Virus genome (UHGV): UHGV-0169625
Origin: a virus
DNA: 44,509 bases
Strand: one strand, 5' to 3'
Positions within the stretch are counted from its first letter, which is position 1; each line of letters begins with the position of its first letter. The position numbers and the translations under genes were made by a program. The notes beneath the pieces are model-generated. The model was not told the DNA's origin, did no database searches, and saw only the letters and a program-made list of their open reading frames with translations. This document shows positions 25,362 to 34,235 of the stretch, in pieces.

Positions 25362-26528
25362 ATGGCTACAACTCCTTTTAAGGGCGCGACTACCGCGCAA
25401 TTCTATGTGGCGGAAGTCACCCCGGGCGTAACACCGGCTAACCCTGTCTGGTCGCCGTTGCGTAACACTGGCGGTGTTCCTGCTATCACCCGCGACACGC
25501 TGACCTCCAACGAACTGGACGGCAGCCGTGAAACTACATCCATCCGCACCGGTAACAAACAGGTTAGCGGTGAATACGCGATCGAGCTTAGCTCGAAAAG
25601 CCAGGATGACTGGCTGGCTGGTGCTTTAGGCTCTACGTGGCAATCCGGTGTTTCCCTGTCCAGTCTGTCGATTACCGTCGCACCCGCGGGCAAGACGTTC
25701 ACACGCGCTACCGGCAGTTTTATCGCTGACGGAGTTGGGGTAGGCGACCTGATTGCATTTACCGATTTAACAGGCGATAACGCAAAACCATTTATTGTTA
25801 CTGCAGTAACGGCTACGGTTGTTACTGGTGCGGGCATCCAACACACCCTGACCACCGAGACAAAAACTAGTAAGGCTAAAACCGGCGACACGCTGGAAAC
25901 CGGTAACACGTGTAAGACGTTCTCTATCCTTACCTGGTACAAAGGCCAGTGCGGCGGTACTGACGCGTACACGTTAACCAAAGGCGTGGAAGTTTCTGGT
26001 TTTACCATCGAACAGGCTGTTAACGCGATGGTAACTGGCAGTTTCCCGTTCATCGGGCGCAGCCAGGAGATTCTCGCCACGCCGCCGACAGGTTCTGATT
26101 TCTCCTCTGTCACGTTTGGTGACGAGCCGTTCTCTTCGGTTGACGTTTCTGTGTTCGATGGCTCAACACCGTTGCGCTGCGACAGCCTGACCATCACCAA
26201 CGATAACAGCGCGTCCGCTCAGTTCGAACTCGGTAATACTAACGTAGCGTTTATTGAGCGTAGCCGCGCGGCTAACACCTTCTCCATCTCCGGCAAGCTG
26301 TACGACATGGCTATGATTCAGAAGTTTATCAACGAACAACAGGTAGAGATTAACTCTATTCTGGCGGGGGTAAACGGGGCTATGTCTTTCAGTCTGAAAC
26401 GTGCAGAACTCACGGCGGTTACGCCAGAGATTGGCGGGCCTGAGTCAATCACTCAGAGCATAGAAGGACAGTCCACAGGCAATCAATACCAGTCGTCTAT
26501 TGTTATCCAGCGTATCACCTACGCATAA
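25362..26528 (+). CDS. major tail (tube) protein (putative)
   Basis: start trimmed to ATG 25362 (AAGAGG SD); Thr/Gly/Ser-rich 389 aa; followed by strong terminator. Confidence 0.5.
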   Translation: MATTPFKGATTAQFYVAEVTPGVTPANPVWSPLRNTGGVPAITRDTLTSNELDGSRETTSIRTGNKQVSGEYAIELSSKSQDDWLAGALGSTWQSGVSLSSLSITVAPAGKTFTRATGSFIADGVGVGDLIAFTDLTGDNAKPFIVTAVTATVVTGAGIQHTLTTETKTSKAKTGDTLETGNTCKTFSILTWYKGQCGGTDAYTLTKGVEVSGFTIEQAVNAMVTGSFPFIGRSQEILATPPTGSDFSSVTFGDEPFSSVDVSVFDGSTPLRCDSLTITNDNSASAQFELGNTNVAFIERSRAANTFSISGKLYDMAMIQKFINEQQVEINSILAGVNGAMSFSLKRAELTAVTPEIGGPESITQSIEGQSTGNQYQSSIVIQRITYA

Positions 26529-26534
26529 AACTAA

Positions 26535-26556
26535 GGCCCCTTTCGGGGCCTTTTTC
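26535..26556. terminator. bidirectional intrinsic terminator
   Basis: AAGGCCCCTTTCGGGGCCTTTTT with A-run upstream and T-run downstream; lies between convergent genes. Confidence 0.75.
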
Positions 26557-26560
26557 TCAC

Positions 26561-26737
26561 TCACTCACTTTTGAATGGCATTTCGTAGAAGTTAGTTAAC
26601 TGCCCCCGGTCACTCCGTTCTGTCATTTCTTTCGAAGCCTCTTCCTTACTACCCACGGCGTAAATATCTACCCACTCGTCCCATTCTTTGTCGTATACGC
26701 GGATTACGTATATTGTTTTCATTACATTCTTACTCAT
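26561..26737 (-). CDS. hypothetical small protein (58 aa), antisense island
   Basis: ATG ORF on minus strand; start overlaps stop of 26730..26936 gene. Confidence 0.35.
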   Translation of the reverse strand: MSKNVMKTIYVIRVYDKEWDEWVDIYAVGSKEEASKEMTERSDRGQLTNFYEMPFKSE

Positions 26738-26936
26738 CAATATTACTCCTGTACTCCCGTAACTTCTCCAGACTTTCTATTGCTTCTGCTAAGTCGGTTC
26801 CTGTGTCTTTGTGTCCGCGAAGGCCCATACACAACAGCTTCTTCAATGCGTGCTGTAGCGCCGGGTCGCGTATATCGAAGGCGCGTAGCACATCATAAAC
26901 GTCTACTGTCATAGTGCTGCCGTGAGTGTTTGTCAT
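26730..26936 (-). CDS. hypothetical protein (68 aa), antisense island
   Basis: start trimmed to first ATG (26936); track shows GTG alternative at 26960. Confidence 0.4.
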   Translation of the reverse strand: MTNTHGSTMTVDVYDVLRAFDIRDPALQHALKKLLCMGLRGHKDTGTDLAEAIESLEKLREYRSNIDE

Positions 26937-26965
26937 TGTGCGGTTGTATTTATTTGTCACTGTTA

Positions 26966-27015
26966 ACTCTCTTAAATCTGGCTATGCCTGACTCTCTTAA
27001 ATCTGGCTATGCCTG
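26966..27015. repeat. perfect 25-bp tandem duplication (2 copies)
   Basis: ACTCTCTTAAATCTGGCTATGCCTG at 26966-26990 and again at 26991-27015; spans the stop codon of gene 26972..27175. Confidence 0.9.
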
Positions 27016-27175
27016 ACTCGTTAATGCTGCCTATTTCAAAGAAGCTGCGATATTTAGGCGAATACATTCTTACGTCGCCGTTCTCTAGGGTGACCCCTTC
27101 ATATACAGCGCCTACTTCGAATCCATTTTTCTCCGCGTACGGACTCACATCGGTGCATTCATACATATCTTTCAT
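26972..27175 (-). CDS. hypothetical protein (67 aa), antisense island
   Basis: track ORF; last 14 codons are encoded inside the tandem duplication. Confidence 0.4.
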   Translation of the reverse strand: MKDMYECTDVSPYAEKNGFEVGAVYEGVTLENGDVRMYSPKYRSFFEIGSINESGIARFKRVRHSQI

Positions 27176-28302
27176 CCCAGCATCTCCGGTGAAATAGTTA
27201 AACGTGCGACCTCGCCATATTCGGCACTATAGGTAATTACATTTGCGCTACGGCCTGACATCCATCCACCGCGCGAGGCGTAGGCGTCTTTAGCCGCCAG
27301 GGTGCGGTGTTGCTCAACAATCATGTTACGGCTTTCCACAATCTTCTGATGGTGGAGGTGGCCTACGTGGGCGTAGCTGTAAACGCTTTCGCCAAATGCT
27401 TTGCGGAACTTGGCAATCATAACCGGTTCGATAGCGTCGAATCGTGCCTTATGCCCGTGGTGAAAGAACAGCGTCGTTTTGCCGTGTTGCACCATCTTGT
27501 AAACATCTGGCGACGTATCGACGAACACACGAGGCTCATTGTCGTACAGCGTACTAAACATCTCAGCTAACCAAATCATTCCGCTTTCGTCGTGGTTTCC
27601 TTGCACGATAAGCAAGCGAACATTTTTATGCTTAACCAGCGCCATACCGACAACACGGCGGACCATACGAATCATGTAGCGGACAAGTTTCTGATAGCGA
27701 GTGTCCGCATCAAGGGCGTGACCGCTTGCAGGCGTAACGGCAACCAGACTGTCGAAGTGCGCGAAGTCGCCCAGCAGGTTAATAACTCCAGTTCCTGCAT
27801 CCGGCGCTTTCTGGAACGCCGCATCGAACCAGCGAGAAAACAGGTCTTCCGCAATCTTCATATCCCAGTCGTCGCCACTCTCGTCGGCCCAGGCCAGCAT
27901 ACCAAGATGGAAATCAGATACAGTGTAAAGATTGAGTAGTTTATCGTCACGTTTGGTGCGAACGGCTTTAACTGGTACAACGGGAGTAATCTCCGACTTC
28001 ATGCCTTCGATTACGGCTTTCATCAACTCGACCTGACGTTCAGCGTCAGTGTCTGTCTTAACCCATTGCAACTTAGTGTTGCCGAACTCGTCCACAAGCG
28101 ACGACGTTCCTTTAATCTTGTAGCCGTCCGGGACAAGATGGCTAACGTCACGACCGTGACCTACGCCTTTCTTCGCCAGCTTCGCTTTACGGATACGAAT
28201 AACGCGGTCTGAGATGCCGTATTTACGGGCGATGTCTACATTCTTCATCCCGGCGTTCAATTCTTCCTGTAACTGTTCGTCGGTTATTTTCTTCTGGGCC
28301 AT
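27172..28302 (-). CDS. HTH domain fused to calcineurin-like metallophosphoesterase
   Basis: 376 aa; N-terminal NVDIARKYGISDRVIRIRK (HTH); metallophosphatase motif series SDFHLG (D-x-H), GDFAHFD, GNHDE, HHGH, GHLHH. Confidence 0.6.
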   Translation of the reverse strand: MAQKKITDEQLQEELNAGMKNVDIARKYGISDRVIRIRKAKLAKKGVGHGRDVSHLVPDGYKIKGTSSLVDEFGNTKLQWVKTDTDAERQVELMKAVIEGMKSEITPVVPVKAVRTKRDDKLLNLYTVSDFHLGMLAWADESGDDWDMKIAEDLFSRWFDAAFQKAPDAGTGVINLLGDFAHFDSLVAVTPASGHALDADTRYQKLVRYMIRMVRRVVGMALVKHKNVRLLIVQGNHDESGMIWLAEMFSTLYDNEPRVFVDTSPDVYKMVQHGKTTLFFHHGHKARFDAIEPVMIAKFRKAFGESVYSYAHVGHLHHQKIVESRNMIVEQHRTLAAKDAYASRGGWMSGRSANVITYSAEYGEVARLTISPEMLG

Positions 28303-28367
28303 GCTTACTTCCTCGTGTTTAGGATTTGTCCTATTTAACCACAGTGGATTCCTTTAAATAAAGGCAA

Positions 28368-28694
28368 CTATTTACTTTCTGCGCCTATTGCCCATCCAGT
28401 CATTACCATTTGCAGACGGGTGGCTGTCAGTAGGCTGTAAAACGCGTCTCCGTTTTTCTCTACCGAACGTATTACCGTGTATGTTACGGCTTGCGGAGGC
28501 AGGCCCGATTTACCAACCTCTACGGCGGACTCGCACTCGCGAACTGTAGAGTCCTTAAATGCCTTTACAAGAGTAGGGTTGGCTTTCTCAAGCACACCAG
28601 AAGTCATAAGAACAGATTCACTAAATACCTGTTCGCACGGGGACCCAAAAGTAGCAAAAGACATAAACCCCAGAGCTAGTACTAATTTACGCAT
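28368..28694 (-). CDS. exported protein with signal peptide, first gene of antisense island
   Basis: 108 aa; MRKLVLALGFMSFATFG signal peptide; GAGGAA SD; about 22 nt downstream of leftward promoter. Confidence 0.5.
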   Translation of the reverse strand: MRKLVLALGFMSFATFGSPCEQVFSESVLMTSGVLEKANPTLVKAFKDSTVRECESAVEVGKSGLPPQAVTYTVIRSVEKNGDAFYSLLTATRLQMVMTGWAIGAESK

Positions 28695-28712
28695 AATTAT
28701 TTCCTCGGTAAG

Positions 28713-28751
28713 TTACAAGTGAATAGTACCCTATTATATTGGGGTGCGCAA
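28713..28751. promoter_or_regulatory. overlapping divergent promoters sharing one palindromic operator
   Basis: leftward: TTGCGC (28751-28746), 17 nt, TACTAT (28728-28723); rightward: TTACAA (28713-28718), 16 nt, TATATT (28735-28740); 28720-28737 is the inverted copy of ATAATAG-N4-CTATTCA. Confidence 0.45.
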
Positions 28752-28858
28752 GTAGTGTGCTAGAATAAGTTTGCGCCTAGTGTCGCACACGAAAAGCGGG
28801 TGGTTCCCGTCTGGCGCGTCAACCTTAACCTGTAACCTCTTAACCAAAGGATTAAAGA

Positions 28859-29275
28859 ATGAAACTTTCTGATTTTTATTTTGCCGACCGCCACGCTACT
28901 GGCACTAAAATGCCTATCCTTCTGCCGAGTGGTAAAGACTCCGGTGAATGGCTGCAGGTCATTGGCCCCGATTGTGATGCGGGTGTTCGTGCAGGCCGCG
29001 CCTACACAACGGCAATTCGACGCCTTACGGAAGAACTTGCGCCATTAGATAAAGAGTGTGAGGCGCTGAATAACTGGGCGCGCTATAACGATGAGAAGGG
29101 CTGGCGGGTGATGGACCTGAACAAGCAGCTCGCTGTCGAAATCGTCACCGGTTGGTCATTCGACGAGCCGTTCAGCAAAGAGGCGCTGGCTAACCTGTTC
29201 GACCAGTACAGCGGACTGGCAGAAGCCGTGGTTAAACACCACACCGATAGCCGCGAGAAACTCTCGGAAAAGTAA
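28859..29275 (+). CDS. tail assembly chaperone (G-like)
   Basis: 138 aa, AAAGGA SD, immediately upstream of tape measure; -1 frame stays open from 29251 to 29637. Confidence 0.6.
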   Translation: MKLSDFYFADRHATGTKMPILLPSGKDSGEWLQVIGPDCDAGVRAGRAYTTAIRRLTEELAPLDKECEALNNWARYNDEKGWRVMDLNKQLAVEIVTGWSFDEPFSKEALANLFDQYSGLAEAVVKHHTDSREKLSEK

Positions 29276-29637
29276 AAGCGCTGTATGAATTTGCGCAATG
29301 GTGCTTTGTCGACCGCCACAAACGTAAGCAATTCGACGACATCGCGGCAGGCCACCAGGCGGCTTTGATTGCAATGGGCGTGATTAAAGAACCGCAGATG
29401 AAAGAAGCGACGGGGCCAGAATGCCCCGTTTCTCTTATCGACGCGTTCGAGAAATACCGTGCCATTAAATTCCTACAGCGCGAAACAGATGATACTATCG
29501 TTATAATCCCGCGCGATGCGCTCAAATGGCAAGATTTGGTAGCGTTTCGTGATGTCGCCGGTTACGGCATAAGTTTGTTCGAGGCCGAGGTTATCATGGG
29601 CTTAGACGGAATATTTGAGGGCAGAGAAGATGGCTGA
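28859..29637 (+). CDS. predicted tail assembly chaperone -1 frameshift fusion (GT-like)
   Basis: -1 frame has its last stop at 29248-29250 and is open to 29637; candidate shift site CGGAAAAGTAA at the last sense codons of the zero frame; downstream ORF has only a TTG start. Confidence 0.4.
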
Positions 29638-31942
29638 TACGGCTTCCCTAATTGCCAGAGTAAAAACAGAAGGTGCTGACGTAGCTGCCAAACAGCTTGA
29701 CGCTATGGCGTCGTCTGCAGACCGCGCGGATACCGCGGTAAACAAGCTGACTCCGGACGTTAATAAAGTAAACTCCACCACGTCTAAAGCGGCCTCCGAC
29801 GGTTTCGCTAAGTTCCGTAACGCCGCAGGGCAGGTTGGCTTCCAGGTGCAGGACATGGTGGTCCAGTTGCAATCCGGCACGTCTGCATTCGTCGCGATAG
29901 GGCAGCAAGGTTCGCAGCTTGCCGGTGCTTTCGGTCCAGGTGGCGCGGTGCTAGGTGCGGTAATAGCGCTAGCGTCGGCGGTTGGTGGCGTTCTTTACAA
30001 ATCATTAACTGAGGCTGAGGGTAGCTCAAAAGACCTGGAAGCCGCACAGAAACAGTTAAAGGACACCTTCCAACAAACGGCATCTGGCTCTCTTGAATTG
30101 ACAGATGGTCTTATCCAGCTTACCCAAATCAGCAGAGAAGCGGCGGAGACTCAGCTTGCTCTGGCTAAGGCTAACGCGGACCTTATTGCACAGCAAACAG
30201 CTAAAGCCGTTCGTGAGGACGCAGAGTCGTGGGAAACGTGGAAGGCCTCCACGACATCGGCGATCAGCCAGTATGATGCGCTGGTCTCTAAGGGCGCCGA
30301 TGTAGGCGACACATTAGAAAAACTAGGCGGCACTTACGAGGGTAACATCGTAGGCGTCAACATGCTGGCGCAGAATATCGCGGAGCTTAGCAGTAAGTTC
30401 GGGGTTAACCGTGACCAGGCGCTGGAGATGATAGCGGCGCAGAGTGCGTTTAACAAAGAACCAACCGCCGAGAATGCCCGTCGTATCGCCGATGTGTTTA
30501 CCGACTGGCTAGGTAATACAAAACAGTTGAACCCGGAACTTATCCGCCTGACCGACAACGCCAACAAGAACGCCACGGCACTGGAGAACGCGGAGAAGTC
30601 AGCAAACGCGGCGGCAGAGGCCCAAAAGAATCTCGGTCGTAACGTCAACTCGACCACGCAGAGGTTCCAGGAACAGAACGAAGCTATCGTCAAAAACCAG
30701 CAAATTGCCATCTTAAGTGACCGTGAGCGCGTCCGGGCGCAAGCTGAACTGGATAAGCAGGCGTTTGCTAAACGTGAAGCTGTCACCAAAGAACAGATAG
30801 CCGCGTATAACGCTGCCCGTGACGCGGAAGCACAGCAAGACATCGCTCGCATCGACGCGACCGAAAAAGCGAAGGCAGACCGCGAGGCTAAATCGAACGA
30901 GAAACGTCTGGCGGCACAAGCCAAACGCGAAGAAACTGCAGCGCAACGCCAGAAGAAAGCCGCGGAAGATTTCCTCGCTACGGTCGACCGAACAACGGGG
31001 GATGAAATTTCTCGTATCACAGCGGCAGAAGAGCAGAAACTGGCGAAACTTGAAGAGTTCAACCGCGCCGGAACAATAAGTCAGCAGCAGTACGAAAACG
31101 CCAAAACGCAGATTATGCTCACCGCCGAGCAGGCCCGACAGGAAGAACTGGATAAGAAAAGAAAAGAAGCCCAGGAAAAGCAGCAGAAAGGTGACGACTT
31201 CATGGCTCAGATTATGGGCCAGAACGCCGCTGAGCTTGAGCTTCTCGACATCCAGGAACAGCAGAAACTGGCGGTCGCAGATAAGTACCGTGAGCAAGGG
31301 CTTATTAGTGAGAAGCAGTATCAGGCCGCGCTTAACGCCATCAACGAGCAATACGCAACCAAGCGTGCCGACGCAACGGCAACCGCCTTCGGTAACATGG
31401 CCTCAAACATCGGGTCTGCGTTGGGTGAGGCTTCTGGCGCGTACAAGGCATTCGCTATCGTACAGGCCACCATAGCCACGTACACCGCAGCTATCGAGGC
31501 GTACAAGTCCACGGCGGCTATCCCCGTAGTCGGCCCGTTCCTGGCCCCTGTAGCCGCTGCCGCTGCCGTTGGGGCGGGTATGGCGCAGATTTCCGCTATC
31601 AGGTCCGCGCGTGAGCAGGGCGGTCAGTTGTCCGCAGGGCAGGCTTCCACCATCGCAGAACGTGGTAAACCAGAAGTTATCATGCCCGCTGGCGCATCGC
31701 GTGTTCGCACCGCACAGCAGATGAAGGAAATTATGGGCCAAAACGGGTCTTCTTCCGGCCCATCTAATGTTACCATCGTAAATAACACATCGAGTCAGAT
31801 TGGCAACGTATCCACTGAGCAAGATGATGAAGGCCGTTTGCGTATCATCATCGAAGAGCAAGTGGCGGCCTCTTTGCAGAACAGCAACAGTAAGATTAGC
31901 AAGGCTCGCAAGGCCACAAGAAACGCGCCGGGGTTCAAGTAA
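29630..31942 (+). CDS. tail tape measure protein
   Basis: about 770 aa, Ala/Gln/Glu/Lys-rich coiled coil with C-terminal hydrophobic segment; start trimmed to ATG 29630. Confidence 0.85.
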   Translation: MADTASLIARVKTEGADVAAKQLDAMASSADRADTAVNKLTPDVNKVNSTTSKAASDGFAKFRNAAGQVGFQVQDMVVQLQSGTSAFVAIGQQGSQLAGAFGPGGAVLGAVIALASAVGGVLYKSLTEAEGSSKDLEAAQKQLKDTFQQTASGSLELTDGLIQLTQISREAAETQLALAKANADLIAQQTAKAVREDAESWETWKASTTSAISQYDALVSKGADVGDTLEKLGGTYEGNIVGVNMLAQNIAELSSKFGVNRDQALEMIAAQSAFNKEPTAENARRIADVFTDWLGNTKQLNPELIRLTDNANKNATALENAEKSANAAAEAQKNLGRNVNSTTQRFQEQNEAIVKNQQIAILSDRERVRAQAELDKQAFAKREAVTKEQIAAYNAARDAEAQQDIARIDATEKAKADREAKSNEKRLAAQAKREETAAQRQKKAAEDFLATVDRTTGDEISRITAAEEQKLAKLEEFNRAGTISQQQYENAKTQIMLTAEQARQEELDKKRKEAQEKQQKGDDFMAQIMGQNAAELELLDIQEQQKLAVADKYREQGLISEKQYQAALNAINEQYATKRADATATAFGNMASNIGSALGEASGAYKAFAIVQATIATYTAAIEAYKSTAAIPVVGPFLAPVAAAAAVGAGMAQISAIRSAREQGGQLSAGQASTIAERGKPEVIMPAGASRVRTAQQMKEIMGQNGSSSGPSNVTIVNNTSSQIGNVSTEQDDEGRLRIIIEEQVAASLQNSNSKISKARKATRNAPGFK

Positions 31943-33354
31943 TGAGCGACTTATATTTCCCACGTAGCCTTAAGCCAGTGGTATCGAAAGGCTACTCAAT
32001 GACCAGACGCAACAACGTCTGGAGCGTCGATTTAGCCGGTGGCGGGGTGCGTCAGGGGCGTGACACGTATTACGACGTGTTTCCGATAAGCGTAACCCTG
32101 ATTACATCTGCACTAGGGCGGCAGGCGTTCCTGTCGTTCCTCGAAAAAGTCGATGGTGGTGCGTCAAGTTTCTGGATGGCGCACGACTTCGGCATGGGCA
32201 TCGAGGATTATCAGGTAACAATCACGTCAACCATCGCCGAGTCCACAGAAGATGGGATTAACTGGACAATCACTTTCACAGCAACCGCCGAGAAATCCCC
32301 GTTCCAGAACCTCGAGAATCAGTGCCTGATTAACAATCTGCCAGATTTGTATGGTTGCTACGGGGATTGTCTGGGTAGTTTCCTGAAAATATACGCGAAC
32401 TATGAGACTACGTTCCCGCGCATCTGGAGCGATGAAGGGCCCGCAGGATACCCGCCGATTAACCTTCTGGCGTCCGCCCTGGATAGCCGCATTGTGTACG
32501 ACGGGCCGCAGGTTTATTACATCAACCGCAACGGCAATCTTGTGCAATCAGCCACTAATGAATGGCCCCTAACATTTATTGATGGTGTTGCCGTTGGGCG
32601 TGTGCCGCCAGAAAACGCTGCTACAAATTTACTCTATAAATCTGAGGATTATTCTATTCAAGACGGCGCCTGGAGTAGCGTAAGGGTTAGCGTAAACTAC
32701 GGCGAAACTGAGGCGCCTACAGGAGAGAATACCGCAGGAAAAGTTACACCAACAACTGATAACAACACCCATACAATTATACAGACTATTACACCGGACG
32801 GTAATTCTGAATATGTGCTATCAGTATTTCTCAAGAGTAACGGCTACACCAACGCTATGGTTCAGATAGGCATCTTCGCAAGCCAAACAGCGCGCAACGT
32901 GGTACATGTAGATTTATCAAATGGGGTTATCACTTCGGCCTCCGATAGTAGCCGCTGTGGCATTCATATAATCGGCGACGGTTGGTACCGGGTGTGGACG
33001 AGAGTATCCACCATTGAATCCCCCACGACAATAAATGCTTCGGTATACGTAGCCGGTACCCGCGGTAATACTTCATTTGCGGGAGACGGTGTTAGTGCTA
33101 TATCAGTTTTTGGCGCCCAAATGGAGAAATCTACCAATTCATCGTCGTATGTTAAAACCGAAGAAAATTTAATTACACGCCCCGCGGCATCGGCAAAAGT
33201 AGCCATGAATGGTGCGACAAGCATCGACATTACATACTCTGATGGTTCCACCGTAAACGTGCCCGCAGTAGATAACTACGCCACCATCCCCCAAGCGGAT
33301 TCGGCGTGGGGTAGTAAATATATCACCCGTATTGATTTTAATGTGGACGGTTAA
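31942..33354 (+). CDS. minor tail protein (distal tail protein position) with C-terminal extension
   Basis: 470 aa, start overlaps TMP stop; positional. Confidence 0.45.
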   Translation: MSDLYFPRSLKPVVSKGYSMTRRNNVWSVDLAGGGVRQGRDTYYDVFPISVTLITSALGRQAFLSFLEKVDGGASSFWMAHDFGMGIEDYQVTITSTIAESTEDGINWTITFTATAEKSPFQNLENQCLINNLPDLYGCYGDCLGSFLKIYANYETTFPRIWSDEGPAGYPPINLLASALDSRIVYDGPQVYYINRNGNLVQSATNEWPLTFIDGVAVGRVPPENAATNLLYKSEDYSIQDGAWSSVRVSVNYGETEAPTGENTAGKVTPTTDNNTHTIIQTITPDGNSEYVLSVFLKSNGYTNAMVQIGIFASQTARNVVHVDLSNGVITSASDSSRCGIHIIGDGWYRVWTRVSTIESPTTINASVYVAGTRGNTSFAGDGVSAISVFGAQMEKSTNSSSYVKTEENLITRPAASAKVAMNGATSIDITYSDGSTVNVPAVDNYATIPQADSAWGSKYITRIDFNVDG

Positions 33355-33357
33355 CTT

Positions 33358-33873
33358 ATGAGCCAGGAATCAGTAGAAGCAGCCTACCGCCGTAAGCTGG
33401 CGTCTAACCCGGACGGCGAGATGGATTACATCACGTTGCAAATCAGCCATCCGTTGCTGTCAAAGACGTATTATCTTGTGCGCGGGCTACAGGAACTTAC
33501 GGCAACACTGGAGACAGGCGAAACAATAACATTCGAGCCAACCCCGATGGAGGCGTCGGGAGCGGCTAACAACAGTGATATGGACCAGACTACGACGTTT
33601 ACTTTACCGGATATCCTCAATCAACTGGATGATGAGATGGATAAAATCCCGATGAGCAATACTGAGTTGCCTAAGTTCGTCTTCCGTCGTTATGTCAGCA
33701 CCGACCTGTCTTACCCGGCTGACGGCCCTGTCGTGTACGAGTTACAGGCCATCAACCAGGAGAAGGGCGAGTTCTCCGCGGATGTCGGTACACCTATGCT
33801 GAACCAACGAAGCACTGGTATACTGATGACACCTAAAGAGATACCGTTATTACGCGGCCTGTTGACAACATGA
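33358..33873 (+). CDS. minor tail protein
   Basis: 171 aa track ORF in tail tip module; positional. Confidence 0.4.
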   Translation: MSQESVEAAYRRKLASNPDGEMDYITLQISHPLLSKTYYLVRGLQELTATLETGETITFEPTPMEASGAANNSDMDQTTTFTLPDILNQLDDEMDKIPMSNTELPKFVFRRYVSTDLSYPADGPVVYELQAINQEKGEFSADVGTPMLNQRSTGILMTPKEIPLLRGLLTT

Positions 33874-34235
33874 ATATTAACGACTACACGGGCATACCTT
33901 ACGACTTTCGCAAGCGCAATTGCTGGCATCATGTGCGAATTGTGCGGGCGGATGCCGGGTTAGAAACCCCGGCGTTCGACGTCACAAGCCCAACGGCAAT
34001 TAATGAAGCGTTCGACGAAGGACATCGCAACACGAAGGGGCTTACGAAAATAGATAAGCCTGAAAACTTCTGTGCGGTGCTTATGGGGTATCGCCGTGGT
34101 GGTCGTATCGTGTGGCACGCAGGAGTTTACTTCGACGGGATGGTTAGCCATTGCGAGCTTGCTTCTCGTCAGGTACGGCTTGACAGGCTGGCGGACCTCA
34201 GAGACACGTACACGGAGATTGAATTTTGGCGATAA
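33870..34235 (+). CDS. small tail protein, possible Cys-His hydrolase fold (lambda K-like position)
   Basis: 121 aa; NCWHHV and WHAGVY segments could supply Cys/His catalytic residues; weak. Confidence 0.35.
   Translation: MNINDYTGIPYDFRKRNCWHHVRIVRADAGLETPAFDVTSPTAINEAFDEGHRNTKGLTKIDKPENFCAVLMGYRRGGRIVWHAGVYFDGMVSHCELASRQVRLDRLADLRDTYTEIEFWR

Noticed and set aside
30334-31351. Minus-strand ORFs 30334..31062 and 30713..31351 inside the tape measure gene
   Set aside because: Antisense to a well-supported long coiled-coil gene; Ser/Ala/Arg/Cys-rich and low-complexity, with no start context
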